A stretch of 64,000 nucleotides of DNA from a candidate division FCPU426 bacterium (GTDB lineage Bacteria > Oederibacteriota > JAAXVQ01 > JAUVAV01): assembly GCA_040756875.1 (NCBI GenBank), contig JBFLYH010000002.1, forward strand, positions 981,246 to 1,045,245, given 5' to 3'. Of the stretch, positions 30,213 to 40,900 are shown piece by piece. Numbering within the stretch: position 1 is the stretch's first letter; the number at the start of each line of letters is the position of its first letter. The notes under the pieces are model-generated. The model saw nothing but the letters and a program-made list of their open reading frames with translations. It was not told where the DNA came from and ran no database searches. The translations under genes were made by a program, and so were the position numbers.

Positions 30213-32618
30213 GTGACCGGTATTTTCGTGTGGTGGTTGTTGATCACAATCATGGGGCTGGCTGTTGTCCCGATCGCGTTCCGGGTTTTTCCGTTTCTTC
30301 CTGACCGGGGATATGCGTTTTCCAAACCCTTGGGGCTGGTGCTGGTCGGGCTGCTGACCTGGTGGATCGGGCAGGTGCATTTTTCAGTCCTTACCATTCT
30401 CCTGGCATTCGGGCTGATCGCCGGCCTGTCGTATTGGCTGTGGGTCCGCTCGGCCGCGGAGTTCCGTTCCCTGCTGTCCGAGCGGCTCGGGTTGATCGTG
30501 GCGGTGGAACTGTTTTTCGCGGTTCTCTTCCTCCTTTTCTGCTGGTTCCGCATGTACAACCCGGACATCATCGGCACCGAAAAATTCATGGACCTGGCGT
30601 TTCTCAATTCGCTCTCCCGCGCCACGTCGTTTCCGCCGCCGGACCCGTGGATGGCCGGCTCGAAATTTTTCATCAGCTACTATTATTTCGGCTACCTGCT
30701 CATGGCCATTCTGCTCCGCCTGTCGGCCGTGGCGCCGGCCGTGGGCTTCAATCTTTCCCTGGGCATGCTGTTCGCGCTCGCCGGGATCAGCACGTTCGGC
30801 GTGCTGTACAACCTCACGCGGCGCCTGAGCGCGGGCTTTGGCGGCTGGGCGCTGATCTACCTGATCGGCAATCTCGACGGGTTCAGGCAGGTGCTCGCCA
30901 CCAAAAGCATCGCCAGCTTCAACTGGTGGACGCCGTCGCGCGTCATCCCCGACACCATCAACGAGTTTCCGTTTTTCTCCTTTCTCCTCGGGGACATGCA
31001 TCCGCACATGCTGTCCATCCCCGTGGTCATGCTGACCCTGGGGTTCACGCTGAACCAGCTCAAATCCATGAACCGCGAGCCGAACTTCCGCGAGCCGGAG
31101 CAGCTTGCGACTACGCTGCTCTGGGGCCTGCTGATCGGGGCGCTGGGGTTCGCCAACAGCTGGGACCTGCCCACCACCTTCGGGCTGGCAGGGGCGGCGT
31201 TTCTGCTGCAGCAGTTGCGTTTCAAGCCGCGCCTGGCTGACCTGCCCTGGCGGCAGTGGGGGCTGGGCCTGGCGCTGATGCTGGGCGCCATGTTCGTGCC
31301 GTACCTGCCCTTTTATTTCCACTTCCACAGCCAGGCCAAAGGCCTTGCCTGGACCACGCAGAACACCCGGTTGGGGGATTTTCTGCTCCTCTTCGGCGTG
31401 TTCGCCTATCTCGGCCTGACCTTTCTCCTGGCCCGATACCATGCCTGGTTTTTGGCCGTGCTGTCCCGTCCGCAGGCCGCCTCCGGGGAAGGCAAGGCCG
31501 CCAAAGCCAAAGCCAGCCGTTTCTGCCCGCAGTGCGGGCATACGCTGCGCGAAGGCAAGCGCATTTGCGGCCAATGCGGGTACCAGACGGCGGGCGGAGG
31601 GTCTGAACAGGAATCTTCGCTCCTGTTGCGGCCCGTGGAAGAAACGCCGGAATGGCTGCGCGGGCTGTTCCTGTTCCTGCTGCAGCCCGTGGCGCGCTGG
31701 CGCCAGGGCCGGGGCGCGGCCCTGATCACAGCCGGCGTGCTCGCGGCGGCGGTCGGCGGCGCGCTGGTGAAAGGCCTCTTTTTCTCCACGCCGGGCAATC
31801 CCGCGCCCGTGTTCCTCGGCATCATGATTTTCGCGCTGGCGGCCGCCACCCTGCTGCTGTTCGCCCGCGTGGACAAGCCGGAGACAGTGTTCGCCCTGCT
31901 GCTGCTGGCCACGGCCCTGGCGCTGTTCATGGGCTGTGAAGTGCTGCATATCAACGACACCTTCAATCCGCCGCTGGACAGGATGAACACGGTTTTCAAG
32001 TTTTACTACCAGGCCTGGTTCCTGCTGGGCATCGCCGGCGTCTACGGCGTTTTCTGGACCTGGAAGTATTCGCTGCGCCACGCGAACCTCAAGGTGGTCT
32101 GGCTGTCGGGCCTGGCCCTGCTGCTGGCCGCGAGCCTGGTTTATCCTTACGCGGCCGCGGGCGTCAAGACCAACCGGTTTGCCACCCTCCCGACCCTGGA
32201 CGGCTCGGCATACCTGAATCAGGCGTACCCGGCCGACCGCGCGGGCATCGAATGGCTGCGCCGTTCGGTGGCCGGCAATCCCGTGGTGCTGGAAGCCACG
32301 GGCGGCGAATATACGGATTTTGCCCGCGTGTCCACGTTCACGGGCCTGCCCACGGTCCTGGGCTGGGCCGGCCACGAACTGCAGTGGCGCGGGAACTACG
32401 ACGAACCCGGCCGGCGGATTCCGGACATCGACACGCTCTACGGCTCTTCGGACGTGGCGGCCACTCAGGCCCTGCTGGACAAATACCAGATTACTTACGT
32501 TTTTGTCGGCACCCTGGAGCGGCAAAAATACCCGGAAGAAGCGCTGGCGAAATTCACCCAGTTGATGGACGTGGCGTTCGAACACCCCGGCGGCGTGCGG
32601 ATCTACCGCCGGCGGTGA
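30213..32618 (+). CDS. YYY-motif polytopic membrane protein (DUF2298 / TIGR03662-like) with inserted zinc ribbon
   Basis: GTG start; 801 aa; FISYYYFGYLL motif; CPQCG...CGQCG insertion; many TM helices. Confidence 0.65.
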   Translation: MTGIFVWWLLITIMGLAVVPIAFRVFPFLPDRGYAFSKPLGLVLVGLLTWWIGQVHFSVLTILLAFGLIAGLSYWLWVRSAAEFRSLLSERLGLIVAVELFFAVLFLLFCWFRMYNPDIIGTEKFMDLAFLNSLSRATSFPPPDPWMAGSKFFISYYYFGYLLMAILLRLSAVAPAVGFNLSLGMLFALAGISTFGVLYNLTRRLSAGFGGWALIYLIGNLDGFRQVLATKSIASFNWWTPSRVIPDTINEFPFFSFLLGDMHPHMLSIPVVMLTLGFTLNQLKSMNREPNFREPEQLATTLLWGLLIGALGFANSWDLPTTFGLAGAAFLLQQLRFKPRLADLPWRQWGLGLALMLGAMFVPYLPFYFHFHSQAKGLAWTTQNTRLGDFLLLFGVFAYLGLTFLLARYHAWFLAVLSRPQAASGEGKAAKAKASRFCPQCGHTLREGKRICGQCGYQTAGGGSEQESSLLLRPVEETPEWLRGLFLFLLQPVARWRQGRGAALITAGVLAAAVGGALVKGLFFSTPGNPAPVFLGIMIFALAAATLLLFARVDKPETVFALLLLATALALFMGCEVLHINDTFNPPLDRMNTVFKFYYQAWFLLGIAGVYGVFWTWKYSLRHANLKVVWLSGLALLLAASLVYPYAAAGVKTNRFATLPTLDGSAYLNQAYPADRAGIEWLRRSVAGNPVVLEATGGEYTDFARVSTFTGLPTVLGWAGHELQWRGNYDEPGRRIPDIDTLYGSSDVAATQALLDKYQITYVFVGTLERQKYPEEALAKFTQLMDVAFEHPGGVRIYRRR

Positions 32619-32702
32619 TCGCTGTGTATTGCCCCGGTGAGGAGCTCTCCGGGGTGACGTTGCCGGAACGACAAATTGAGTGAATATCGAAGGAGGCTCG
32701 GC

Positions 32703-34691
32703 GTGAACTGCCCGAACTGCGGCGCGGAAAACCCCGCCACCAACCTGTTCTGCGACTCGTGCGGGACCAAGCTGGTCAAACGAGACGCAGAAAAGCAGAA
32801 GAAAAAGCACATTCCCGAAGGGAGGGGCGTTCAGGTGAACACCCCTGCTCAAACCAAATCCTACCTGCCGGCCGAACCCGTAAAGCCGGCGTTGTCCCTG
32901 ACCGCCGTTCCGCTCGAAACCCTGGCCTGGGCCGTGGTCTTCGCGGTGGGCGCCTGGCTGCTGTTTTTCCAACTGGGCATGAAGCCCCTCCACCACGACG
33001 AGAGCCTGCACGCCTATTACGCCTGGGAGCTGTTCAAGGGCATGGGCTACAAGTACAACCCCATGATGCACGGCCCCTTCCTGTTCCACGCCAATGCCCT
33101 CATGTATTTCCTGTTCGGCGCCTCGGATTACACCTGCCGCATCATGCCCGCGCTCGCGGGCCTGACGGTGCTGGTGGTCACGTACTTCCTGCGCCCCTAT
33201 CTGGGCCGGACCGGCGCCCTGTTCACGGCGGCCATCATCGCCCTGTCGCCGTCCTTTACGTACTTCGGCCGGTTCATCCGCAACGACATTTACATTGCCG
33301 CGGATTCCATGCTCATGATTTACGGTTTTTTCCGCTATCTGGACACGCGCAAGCCCCGCTTTCTCTACCTGGCCGCCGTCGGCCTGGGCCTGGCGTTTTG
33401 CACCAAGGAAGTCACCTACATCAACGGCGCGATTTTCGTGACGTTCATGTTTTTCCGCTGGCTGTGGGAGTACACCATGCGCCCCGGCGCGGGCGAGAGC
33501 CGCTTCCTGCCGGCGCTGCAGGACCTGCTTAAACAGAGGAAGCCGCTGTGGGTTTCAGCCGGCATATTCTTCGGCCTGGTGCTCGTGCTCTACACCACCG
33601 TGTTCACCAACCCCAAGGGCTTCCTGGACGCGTTCACCGCTTCGCTGACCTATTGGCTGGGGCAGCACGAGGTGCAGCGCGGCAGCCAGCCGGTCTACTT
33701 CTACGCCGGGTTGATCCCCCTGTACGAAACCCTGACCACCCTGGGCGCGATCGGCGCCCTGGTTTACTACAGCTTCCTCAAGGACCGGGCCCACCGCGTC
33801 TGGCGCCTGTCCGCCTACCTGATCCTGGCCGCGGCCTGGTGGCTGTTCGCCTCGCAGGGCAACGAGACCTTCGGCCTGATATTCTCGCTGCTGCTCGTCA
33901 CGCTGGGCGTGGGTATGCTGGCGTATTTTTCGTTCGCCGAGGGCAATACGTTCGTCACGTTCCTGCAGTTGTGGACCCTGGCGGCTTTTTCGGATTATTC
34001 CTTCGCGGGCGAGCGCATGCCCTGGCTGATCCTCCACCCCCTGCTGCCCATGACGCTTTTGACCGGGTTTTGGCTGGGGGAACTGTGGAACCGCTTCCAG
34101 CGCCAGCGGGCCTGGCTGCTCGCCGTCTTTACCGCGGGCGCCGTGCTCATGCTGCACAACGCCAGCCTGGTGAACTTCTACGGCGGCGGGGCGAACCCCG
34201 CGGAGCTCCTGGTGTACGTGCAGTCCTCGACCGACGTCAAGCAGGTGGTGCGGCAGCTCACCAATATGTCCAAGCGCCTGACCGGCGGGCTGGAGATGAA
34301 GATCACCTGCGAGGATTACTGCTCCTGGCCTTTCGCCTGGTACCTGCGCGATTTCAAGTTCGTGGGGTATCCCAAGTTTACGGCCACCCAGTCGCCGGGC
34401 TCGATCGAGGAAAACCCCGTGATCATCACCGGCGTGGAAATGGCCGCGCCCGGGCACGATGACCGCGTGGCCGAGCTCCTGGCGGAGAAGTACGTGGCCC
34501 AGCGCTACAAATTGCGCGTGTGGTGGGCCCCGGACAGCCGCGCGTTTTTTGACGACACCTTCGGCGGAAAACTGAAGAAGATCTGGAAATTGGTGGTGTA
34601 CAAGGAGCCGTGGAGCGGGCTCGGGTCCTACGACATGATCGTGTACGTGCGCAAGGACCTGGCCCATTTGTACTGGAGCCACGCGGAGTAA
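32703..34691 (+). CDS. TIGR03663-like membrane protein (PMT/ArnT-like GT-C N-terminus) with N-terminal zinc ribbon
   Basis: Start moved to GTG 32703 (AGGAGG SD 6 nt upstream); CPNCG...CDSCG; DE dipeptide (HHDESLH) and HGP tripeptide (MMHGPFLFH). Confidence 0.6.
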   Translation: MNCPNCGAENPATNLFCDSCGTKLVKRDAEKQKKKHIPEGRGVQVNTPAQTKSYLPAEPVKPALSLTAVPLETLAWAVVFAVGAWLLFFQLGMKPLHHDESLHAYYAWELFKGMGYKYNPMMHGPFLFHANALMYFLFGASDYTCRIMPALAGLTVLVVTYFLRPYLGRTGALFTAAIIALSPSFTYFGRFIRNDIYIAADSMLMIYGFFRYLDTRKPRFLYLAAVGLGLAFCTKEVTYINGAIFVTFMFFRWLWEYTMRPGAGESRFLPALQDLLKQRKPLWVSAGIFFGLVLVLYTTVFTNPKGFLDAFTASLTYWLGQHEVQRGSQPVYFYAGLIPLYETLTTLGAIGALVYYSFLKDRAHRVWRLSAYLILAAAWWLFASQGNETFGLIFSLLLVTLGVGMLAYFSFAEGNTFVTFLQLWTLAAFSDYSFAGERMPWLILHPLLPMTLLTGFWLGELWNRFQRQRAWLLAVFTAGAVLMLHNASLVNFYGGGANPAELLVYVQSSTDVKQVVRQLTNMSKRLTGGLEMKITCEDYCSWPFAWYLRDFKFVGYPKFTATQSPGSIEENPVIITGVEMAAPGHDDRVAELLAEKYVAQRYKLRVWWAPDSRAFFDDTFGGKLKKIWKLVVYKEPWSGLGSYDMIVYVRKDLAHLYWSHAE

Positions 34692-34698
34692 AACGACA

Positions 34699-34722
34699 CC
34701 CTCCCCTTTGAGGGGGAGGGGG
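34699..34722. repeat. CCCTCCCC/GGGGAGGG palindrome
   Basis: CCCTCCCC-TTTGA-GGGGGAGGGGG directly after the stop at 34691. Confidence 0.6.
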
Positions 34723-34747
34723 AAAAATAAAGACGGAGGAAAGAAAC

Positions 34748-35704
34748 ATGCGTCAGCAGGAAAAAGTTGCGGCGATTGTGTTGGGTGCCAGCGTCGTGGT
34801 TTTGGCGGTCGCCATTTTCTTCGGTTTGCAGCGCGGCCGCGACGGCAACGCCAAACCCGGCGGCCAGGCCAACCCCATGGCCGGCGGCGACCGGGGCAAG
34901 GCGTCCGGGCAGTTGTGGGACCCGCGCGGTGTGGCCGTGGACGCCAAGGGCTTCGTGTACGTGGTGGATTCGAGCAACCACCGCATCCAGAAGTTCGACG
35001 CCGAAGGCAAGTTCGTGGCCAAGTGGGGGCAGGAAGGGCAGGGCGACGGCGAGTTCAAGACGCCGGGCGGCATCGACGTGGGGCCGGACGGGAACGTGTA
35101 CGTGGCGGACACCTGGAACCACCGGATACAAAAGTTCGACAACCGGGGCAAGTTCCTCAAGCAGTGGCCGGGCGAGGGCGGGTTCTGGGGGCCGCGTGAC
35201 GTAGCCGTGGATTCCAAAGGCTTCGTGTACGTGACGGACACGGGCAACCGCCGCATCCAGAAGTTCACCGGCGACGGCCAGTTCGTCAAGATGTGGGGGC
35301 AGAAAGGCTCGGGCCCCAACGACTACGACGAGCCCTTCGGCATTAAAGCCGACGACAAGGATTTGCTGTATATCTGCGACCGCCTCAATTTCCGCATTCA
35401 GGTCTGCGACACCGAGGGGCGCCTGGTCCGTTCCTGGCCCGTGGACGGCTGGCAGAAGGAACAGTTCTTCATGGAGCCCTACCTCTCCATCGACAACCGC
35501 CGCGACCGGGTGTACGTGACCGACCCGACCAAGCACCGCGTGCTGGTGTACGACCGCCAGGGCGGATTCAAGCAGCACCTGCTGCAGGACCCGGCCACCC
35601 AGCAGGCGTTTTCCACGCCCCTGGGCGTGGCGGTGAACGAGGAAACCGGCATGATTTATATCACGGATATGACGGCCAACCGGCTGTATAAAATCCAGCC
35701 TTAG
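34748..35704 (+). CDS. NHL-repeat beta-propeller protein, N-terminal membrane anchor
   Basis: Repeated blocks GVAVDxxGxVYVxDxxNHRIQKF; N-terminal TM helix. Confidence 0.75.
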   Translation: MRQQEKVAAIVLGASVVVLAVAIFFGLQRGRDGNAKPGGQANPMAGGDRGKASGQLWDPRGVAVDAKGFVYVVDSSNHRIQKFDAEGKFVAKWGQEGQGDGEFKTPGGIDVGPDGNVYVADTWNHRIQKFDNRGKFLKQWPGEGGFWGPRDVAVDSKGFVYVTDTGNRRIQKFTGDGQFVKMWGQKGSGPNDYDEPFGIKADDKDLLYICDRLNFRIQVCDTEGRLVRSWPVDGWQKEQFFMEPYLSIDNRRDRVYVTDPTKHRVLVYDRQGGFKQHLLQDPATQQAFSTPLGVAVNEETGMIYITDMTANRLYKIQP

Positions 35705-35715
35705 GAGGGATGAAC

Positions 35716-36828
35716 ATGGCCACCAAACGCAAACCAAGCCGGACGCAAACCAAGCCGGCGGCGCGCAAATCCGCGGCGGCGCGCAAGCCTGCTGGCGCCG
35801 CACTCAAAACCAGCGCGGCCAAAGCCGCCGCCGGACGCAAACCCGCCCACCGCGAAAGCCATAAAACCGCCTCCGGCGGCAACCGCGGCCTGGTGTTTTT
35901 CGGCGCGATCGCCGTGCTGGTCGTGGCCATGGCCGTGGTCGCAAAACTCAGGCAGGGGCCGCCGGTGAAGCTCCTGCCCGCGGAGGTGCTGGGCACTTAC
36001 ACCGCGGCGGACAACGCCGCCGGCGCCCTGTCGTCGCCGCGCGGGATCGCCGTGACGCGTGAAGGGGAAGTGGTGGTGGCTGATCTGGGCAACCACCGGA
36101 TCGTGGCTTTTGCGCCGGACGGCAGCGTGGCCGACACCTGGGGCCGCAAGGGCACGGCCGCCGGCGAGTTCAACGAGCCGTCGGGCGTGGCCGTGGACAG
36201 CCGAGGCGACTTCTACGTGGCCGACACCTGGAACGGACGCATCCAAAAATTCTCCCCCCGCGGCGAGTACTTCGGCGAAATCACCTCGAAAACCGGGAAC
36301 TTCTATTCGCCGCGCAACGTGGCCGTGGACAGCCATGGGTTCGTGTACGTGGCGGACACGGGCAATTCCTGCGTGAAGAAATTCGACACGGACGCCAACC
36401 TGGTGAAACGCTGGGGCGAATACGGCTCCGGGCACGACCGGTTCCAGGAAACCTTCGGCCTGGCCGTGGACGCGGCCGGCCAGGTGTACGTGGGCGACGC
36501 GGGCAACCGCCGCATCAAAATTTACACCAGCGACGGCAAGTTCCTGCGCGACCTGCGGGTCAAGGGCTGGCAGAGCGGGGTGGGCTGGCCCATGCTGGCG
36601 CTGGACGCGCAGGGCCGGGTTTACGCCACGGACGTGCAGCACAACATGGTATGGATTTACAGCCGCGAGGGCAAGTACCTGGGGAGCTTCGGCAACCAGC
36701 CGGGCAAGGAGCTGTTCTCCTCGCCGCTGGGGATCGCCATCGGGCCGGACGGCAGCGTGTACGTGTCGAACATGAACCGCGGCGAGATTCTGAAACTCAA
36801 AGGCTTGGCCCCGGAGCCGCCGAAATAG
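35716..36828 (+). CDS. NHL-repeat beta-propeller protein, basic N-terminus and membrane anchor
   Basis: Start at ATG 35716 (SD spacing); NHL blocks (GIAVTREGEVVVADLGNHRIVAF...). Confidence 0.75.
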   Translation: MATKRKPSRTQTKPAARKSAAARKPAGAALKTSAAKAAAGRKPAHRESHKTASGGNRGLVFFGAIAVLVVAMAVVAKLRQGPPVKLLPAEVLGTYTAADNAAGALSSPRGIAVTREGEVVVADLGNHRIVAFAPDGSVADTWGRKGTAAGEFNEPSGVAVDSRGDFYVADTWNGRIQKFSPRGEYFGEITSKTGNFYSPRNVAVDSHGFVYVADTGNSCVKKFDTDANLVKRWGEYGSGHDRFQETFGLAVDAAGQVYVGDAGNRRIKIYTSDGKFLRDLRVKGWQSGVGWPMLALDAQGRVYATDVQHNMVWIYSREGKYLGSFGNQPGKELFSSPLGIAIGPDGSVYVSNMNRGEILKLKGLAPEPPK

Positions 36829-36876
36829 GGCGCGCCCGGGCATCGTGGTCATCCCCGAGGGATGAGGAGGGACGGC

Positions 36877-37923
36877 ATGGCAACAGCAAGCGACAAACGG
36901 AAGCCGAAAAAGACAGCGGCCCAGGGAAGCAAAGCGGCCACCCGGGCCAGACAGGCCAAAAGCCAGGCGGCGATTCCCGCCCCGGTTGCGGCCTCCGCGC
37001 CCGCGGCGCCGCCCCGGGCTGCCAAACCGGGCTTGCCGCACGGAATCATTCTGGGCGTTTTGCTGGCCCTGGTGGTTTTGGTCAGCGTGGAGGTCGTGAT
37101 CCTCATGAAGGACAAGGCGGACCGGAAGCGCATTCTGCGCGTGGTGGAAGTGGTGCCGGAACGCGGCGGGCCGCCGGACATGCCGGGCAAGTTCTGGGGG
37201 CCGTACCAGGTCAAGGTCAACGAACAGGCGGGCCGCTTGGCCCTGGTCGACCACGCGTTCAACAAGGTCGTGCTGTGGGACCTGGCCACCAAGAAGCACG
37301 TGGTCGACGTCAACGCCGCCTTGCTGGGACGGGAGCAGTTCGTTCCAAAGGACGTCGATGTGGCCGATGACGGCGACTATTACATCCTCGACCACTCTGA
37401 CATGACGGTCAAACGGTTCTCGGCCCAGAACCAGCTGGTCCAGCAGTGGAAGATTCCGGAGAGCGTCAGCCTGACGGCCGGCAAGGACCGCGATGTGTAC
37501 GTGCTGGACGGCAGGGCCCAGGAGATCGTCCATTATCAAAACGACGGCACCGAACTCGGGCGTTTCGGCAAGGGTAAGTTGAAAAACGGCCTGTTGATGG
37601 ACACGGATGAGGCCGGCAACATCTACGTGGTGGATTCCGGCTACAACGGCATGGTGGTTTTCTCGAAGGCGGGCAAGCACCTGTATTCCTGGCCGATCAA
37701 GGAAGTGAAGCCCTTGCAGATGTCGCGCATGGCGGCGGTCAACAACCAAGTGTATTTCTACGACCTGGTCAACAACAACGGGATCATCAGAGTGTACACC
37801 CCCAAAGGCCGCCTGGCGTGGGATATCGGCCCGCAGCGCACAGAATCATTTGACGTCGGCCGCTCGGGGACGGTGTACATGTCCGGCAACGACGGCATCG
37901 TCATTCAGCAAATCGAGAAGTGA
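36877..37923 (+). CDS. membrane-anchored beta-propeller-like protein (divergent NHL-like paralog)
   Basis: Start at ATG 36877 (RBS GAGGAGGGA); N-terminal basic region and TM; repeated YVLD/YVVD blocks. Confidence 0.5.
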   Translation: MATASDKRKPKKTAAQGSKAATRARQAKSQAAIPAPVAASAPAAPPRAAKPGLPHGIILGVLLALVVLVSVEVVILMKDKADRKRILRVVEVVPERGGPPDMPGKFWGPYQVKVNEQAGRLALVDHAFNKVVLWDLATKKHVVDVNAALLGREQFVPKDVDVADDGDYYILDHSDMTVKRFSAQNQLVQQWKIPESVSLTAGKDRDVYVLDGRAQEIVHYQNDGTELGRFGKGKLKNGLLMDTDEAGNIYVVDSGYNGMVVFSKAGKHLYSWPIKEVKPLQMSRMAAVNNQVYFYDLVNNNGIIRVYTPKGRLAWDIGPQRTESFDVGRSGTVYMSGNDGIVIQQIEK

Positions 37924-37937
37924 GGCCCAGGTAGCCA

Positions 37938-40900
37938 GTGGCGGATAAAATCAAAGCGGCCTTCGAGGCCTTGAAAAAAAGCGGAATCAATGTTTCTTTG
38001 CGGTTCGTGTGGCTGGCGCTGGCCGTCGGGCTGATTGGCCTGGGCCAGGTCAATTTCTTCTCGCGCAATCTGGCCGCGGGCATGGGTCTGACCCTGCTGG
38101 GCGCCGTCGTGCTCCTGCTGGCGGCGGGCGAGAGCGGCAAACAGGCCGCCCTCCTGCAGCGGGCGGGGAAGTGGTTTGGCCGGGCGGCTGAGCGCTTTTC
38201 CGCGTTCGCCCGCGCGCGCCAAAAGGCCGAGGATCTCGCCACCGGAACCGCCGGCCAGCCGGCCGCCAAGACGAATTGGAAACCGCTGAAAACCCAGTTC
38301 GAGGAAACCCGGCGCTCCTGGCTGGCCTTTGCCGAGGAAACCACGTTCACGGCGCCGAAGAACCTGGTCATGATCCTCGGCATTCTCTTGATTCTGGCCG
38401 GCCAGCCCTTCCTCGTCGCCGAGAAGTTCGTCCTGGCCCTGATCCTCATCATTCCCGGCTTGTACCTGCTGGTCAACGTCATTTTCGCCCCCCAGGAACG
38501 GTACGTCATCGGCCGGCTCGACCACATCATCCGGACCGTTTTATTCCTGATTCCGGGCGTGGGCTTGATCATCCTGGGATGCATGATTCATTTCCAGGCG
38601 GTCAGCCTGAGCCTCCCCCGCGAAGCCCTGGGCTTGGGGCTGAACGCGCTCGGCATTTTCATCATCTTCTCCCTGTTTCCGAGGATCATCCCCGATTCGT
38701 TCCCTGAGTCAGGCGATCCGGTGGATCAGGTGACCGGCCGGGCCGCGAACCGGACGCAGGTATTCATGAAAATCGGACTGGTGGCCCTGGCCCTGGTGTT
38801 TTTCCTGGCTTCCAAGCATTATGCCAACCCGGCTACCCTGAACCTTTCCGCGCTGATGGCCCTTCTGTTTCTCACGGCGATGAGCCTGTCTTTTCCCTGG
38901 AGCGCCGAACCTCGCGACCAAACCAGCGGCGAAAACATCGTCCTGAAATGGCTGGTGAAATACCTGCGCCTGGCGGCTTTCGGCCTGGGCCTGTATTGGG
39001 CCTACCGCGGGCAGGTGCTGATCTCGCACGAACAGCTTTATCCGGGGCTGTACCGGTTCCTGGCCGCGGCCATCGCCATGTGGATCGCCCTGCGCGAACC
39101 GGACCCCAAGTACGTGGATGAATTGAAGGAAAAGCCCCTGGCCTGGTACTGGGAGGCGCTGGCCCTGGTGGCCATCCTGTCGGCCGCCACCTGGGTCCGT
39201 GTCCATCTCCTGAAGGACATACCTTACGGGATCGAGTGCGACGAGGCGGGCGCCGGCGCGCACGCCGTCGATGTTTTGCAGAACCACTTCAGTTCGCTGA
39301 CGATCCATCCCAGCGGACGCCCGCTGTTCATGCTGCTGGACAAAGTGGTCACCATCCGCTTCTTCGGCATCGACAACATCGGGATGAAGCTGGGCGCAGC
39401 CATCTGGGGGACCGCGGGCGTTTTCTGCGTTTATCTCATGACCCGGTTTTTGTTCGGCACGCGCGCGGCCCTGGCCACGGCAGCCCTGATGGCCTGCTCG
39501 CGCTGGCACATCCATTTTTCGCGCTACGGCTGGGCGAACACCCTGATGCTGGTGCTCCAGATCACGGGATTCTATTTCATCGCCAAGGGCATCCAGACGC
39601 GGAACAAATGGTTCTTTTTTCTCGCGGGCGTGGGCCTGACCCTGTCCATCCACACCGAGACCGCGGCGCGCATGGTGCCCTTCATGTGCCTGGGCCTGCT
39701 GGTGTACTTCGTCCTGTTTTACAAGCGGTTTTTCCGGCGCAATTGGCAGACCCTGCTGGTGTTCCTGCTCGGGGTGTGGCTGGCCGGCGCCAGCCTGTTC
39801 CTGTTTTGGGTGAAGCAGCCGCGCTACCTGTTCAACCGCGTGTACGAAGTGTCGGTGTTTTCCGGCGACGCCAACGCGCCTCGGAACCTGGTCAAGGGGC
39901 TGGTCGAAAGCACCAAGCTCAGCCTCACGCAGATGAACTGGCACGGGGACACCCGGACCCGCCACAACGGCGGCCTTTCGGGCGAGCCGGTGCTCGATTT
40001 CTGGTCGGCCATCCTCTTCGCCCTGGGGTTCGGCTTTTCGCTGTATTACTGGAGGCGGTTCCGATACACCATACTGCTAATGTGGTTTTTCGGGTCCATG
40101 GCCGCCTCGATCTTCGCCCTGGAGGCGCCGCAATCCCACCGGGCCTTTGGCGCGCTTCCGCCGATTTTCATGCTGATGGGCGCGTTCATCGACCGCTCCC
40201 GCAGGCTGCTGCGGGAGACGCTGGGCAAGCCCGGCACCCTGGCCGGCGGCCTGGTGCTCCTGCTGCTCCTGGTTCCCATCGCCAAGATCAATTACAAAAA
40301 ATACTTCGACGCGTATCCGGGGTTCGACACGGCCTGCACGGCCGCGGCCAAGTACATGGGGCGCGTCTGGCCGAAGGCGGAGCAGGTCATCATGTCCGCT
40401 TATTTGTGGATCGGCCATCCGCCCTTCGAGCTGTACGCCCGCGGGATATCCGGCCACTTTTACTTTGCGGCCTCCGAAGCGGTTCCGTTCCGCCAGCAGA
40501 CCGACCGGGATGTGAATTACACCCTGATCCTGGAATATCCGGAGATCATGCCGACCATCCAATGGTACTATCCGGAAGGCGAATATTCCGAGGAGACGCA
40601 CGTCCGCTACGGGCTGCAGTACCGCGGCTGGGGCGTGAAACACGAGATCATCCAAAAATACCGCGGCCTGAACGCTTCGTACTGGTCGAATCCCTATTGG
40701 GCCGGGGAGCCGAAACTGCGGCGCAAGGACGCGGATTTGAACCTGACCTTCGACCAGACCACCTGGCCCTGGAACGGCCCGGGGTCGGTGAAATGGGAAG
40801 GGACCGTGTTCATCCCCCGCGAAGGGAAGTACGTTTTCTACCTGTACGGCACCAATGAGGTCGAAGTCAAGGTCGGCTCCCAGGTGCACCTCCGCGCCGG

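Noticed and set aside
30384-33089. 901-aa minus-strand ORF antisense to the YYY and TIGR03663-like genes
   Set aside because: Gly/Arg/Gln-rich low-complexity product with no membrane character; the + strand genes carry specific motifs (YYY, zinc ribbons, DE/HGP)
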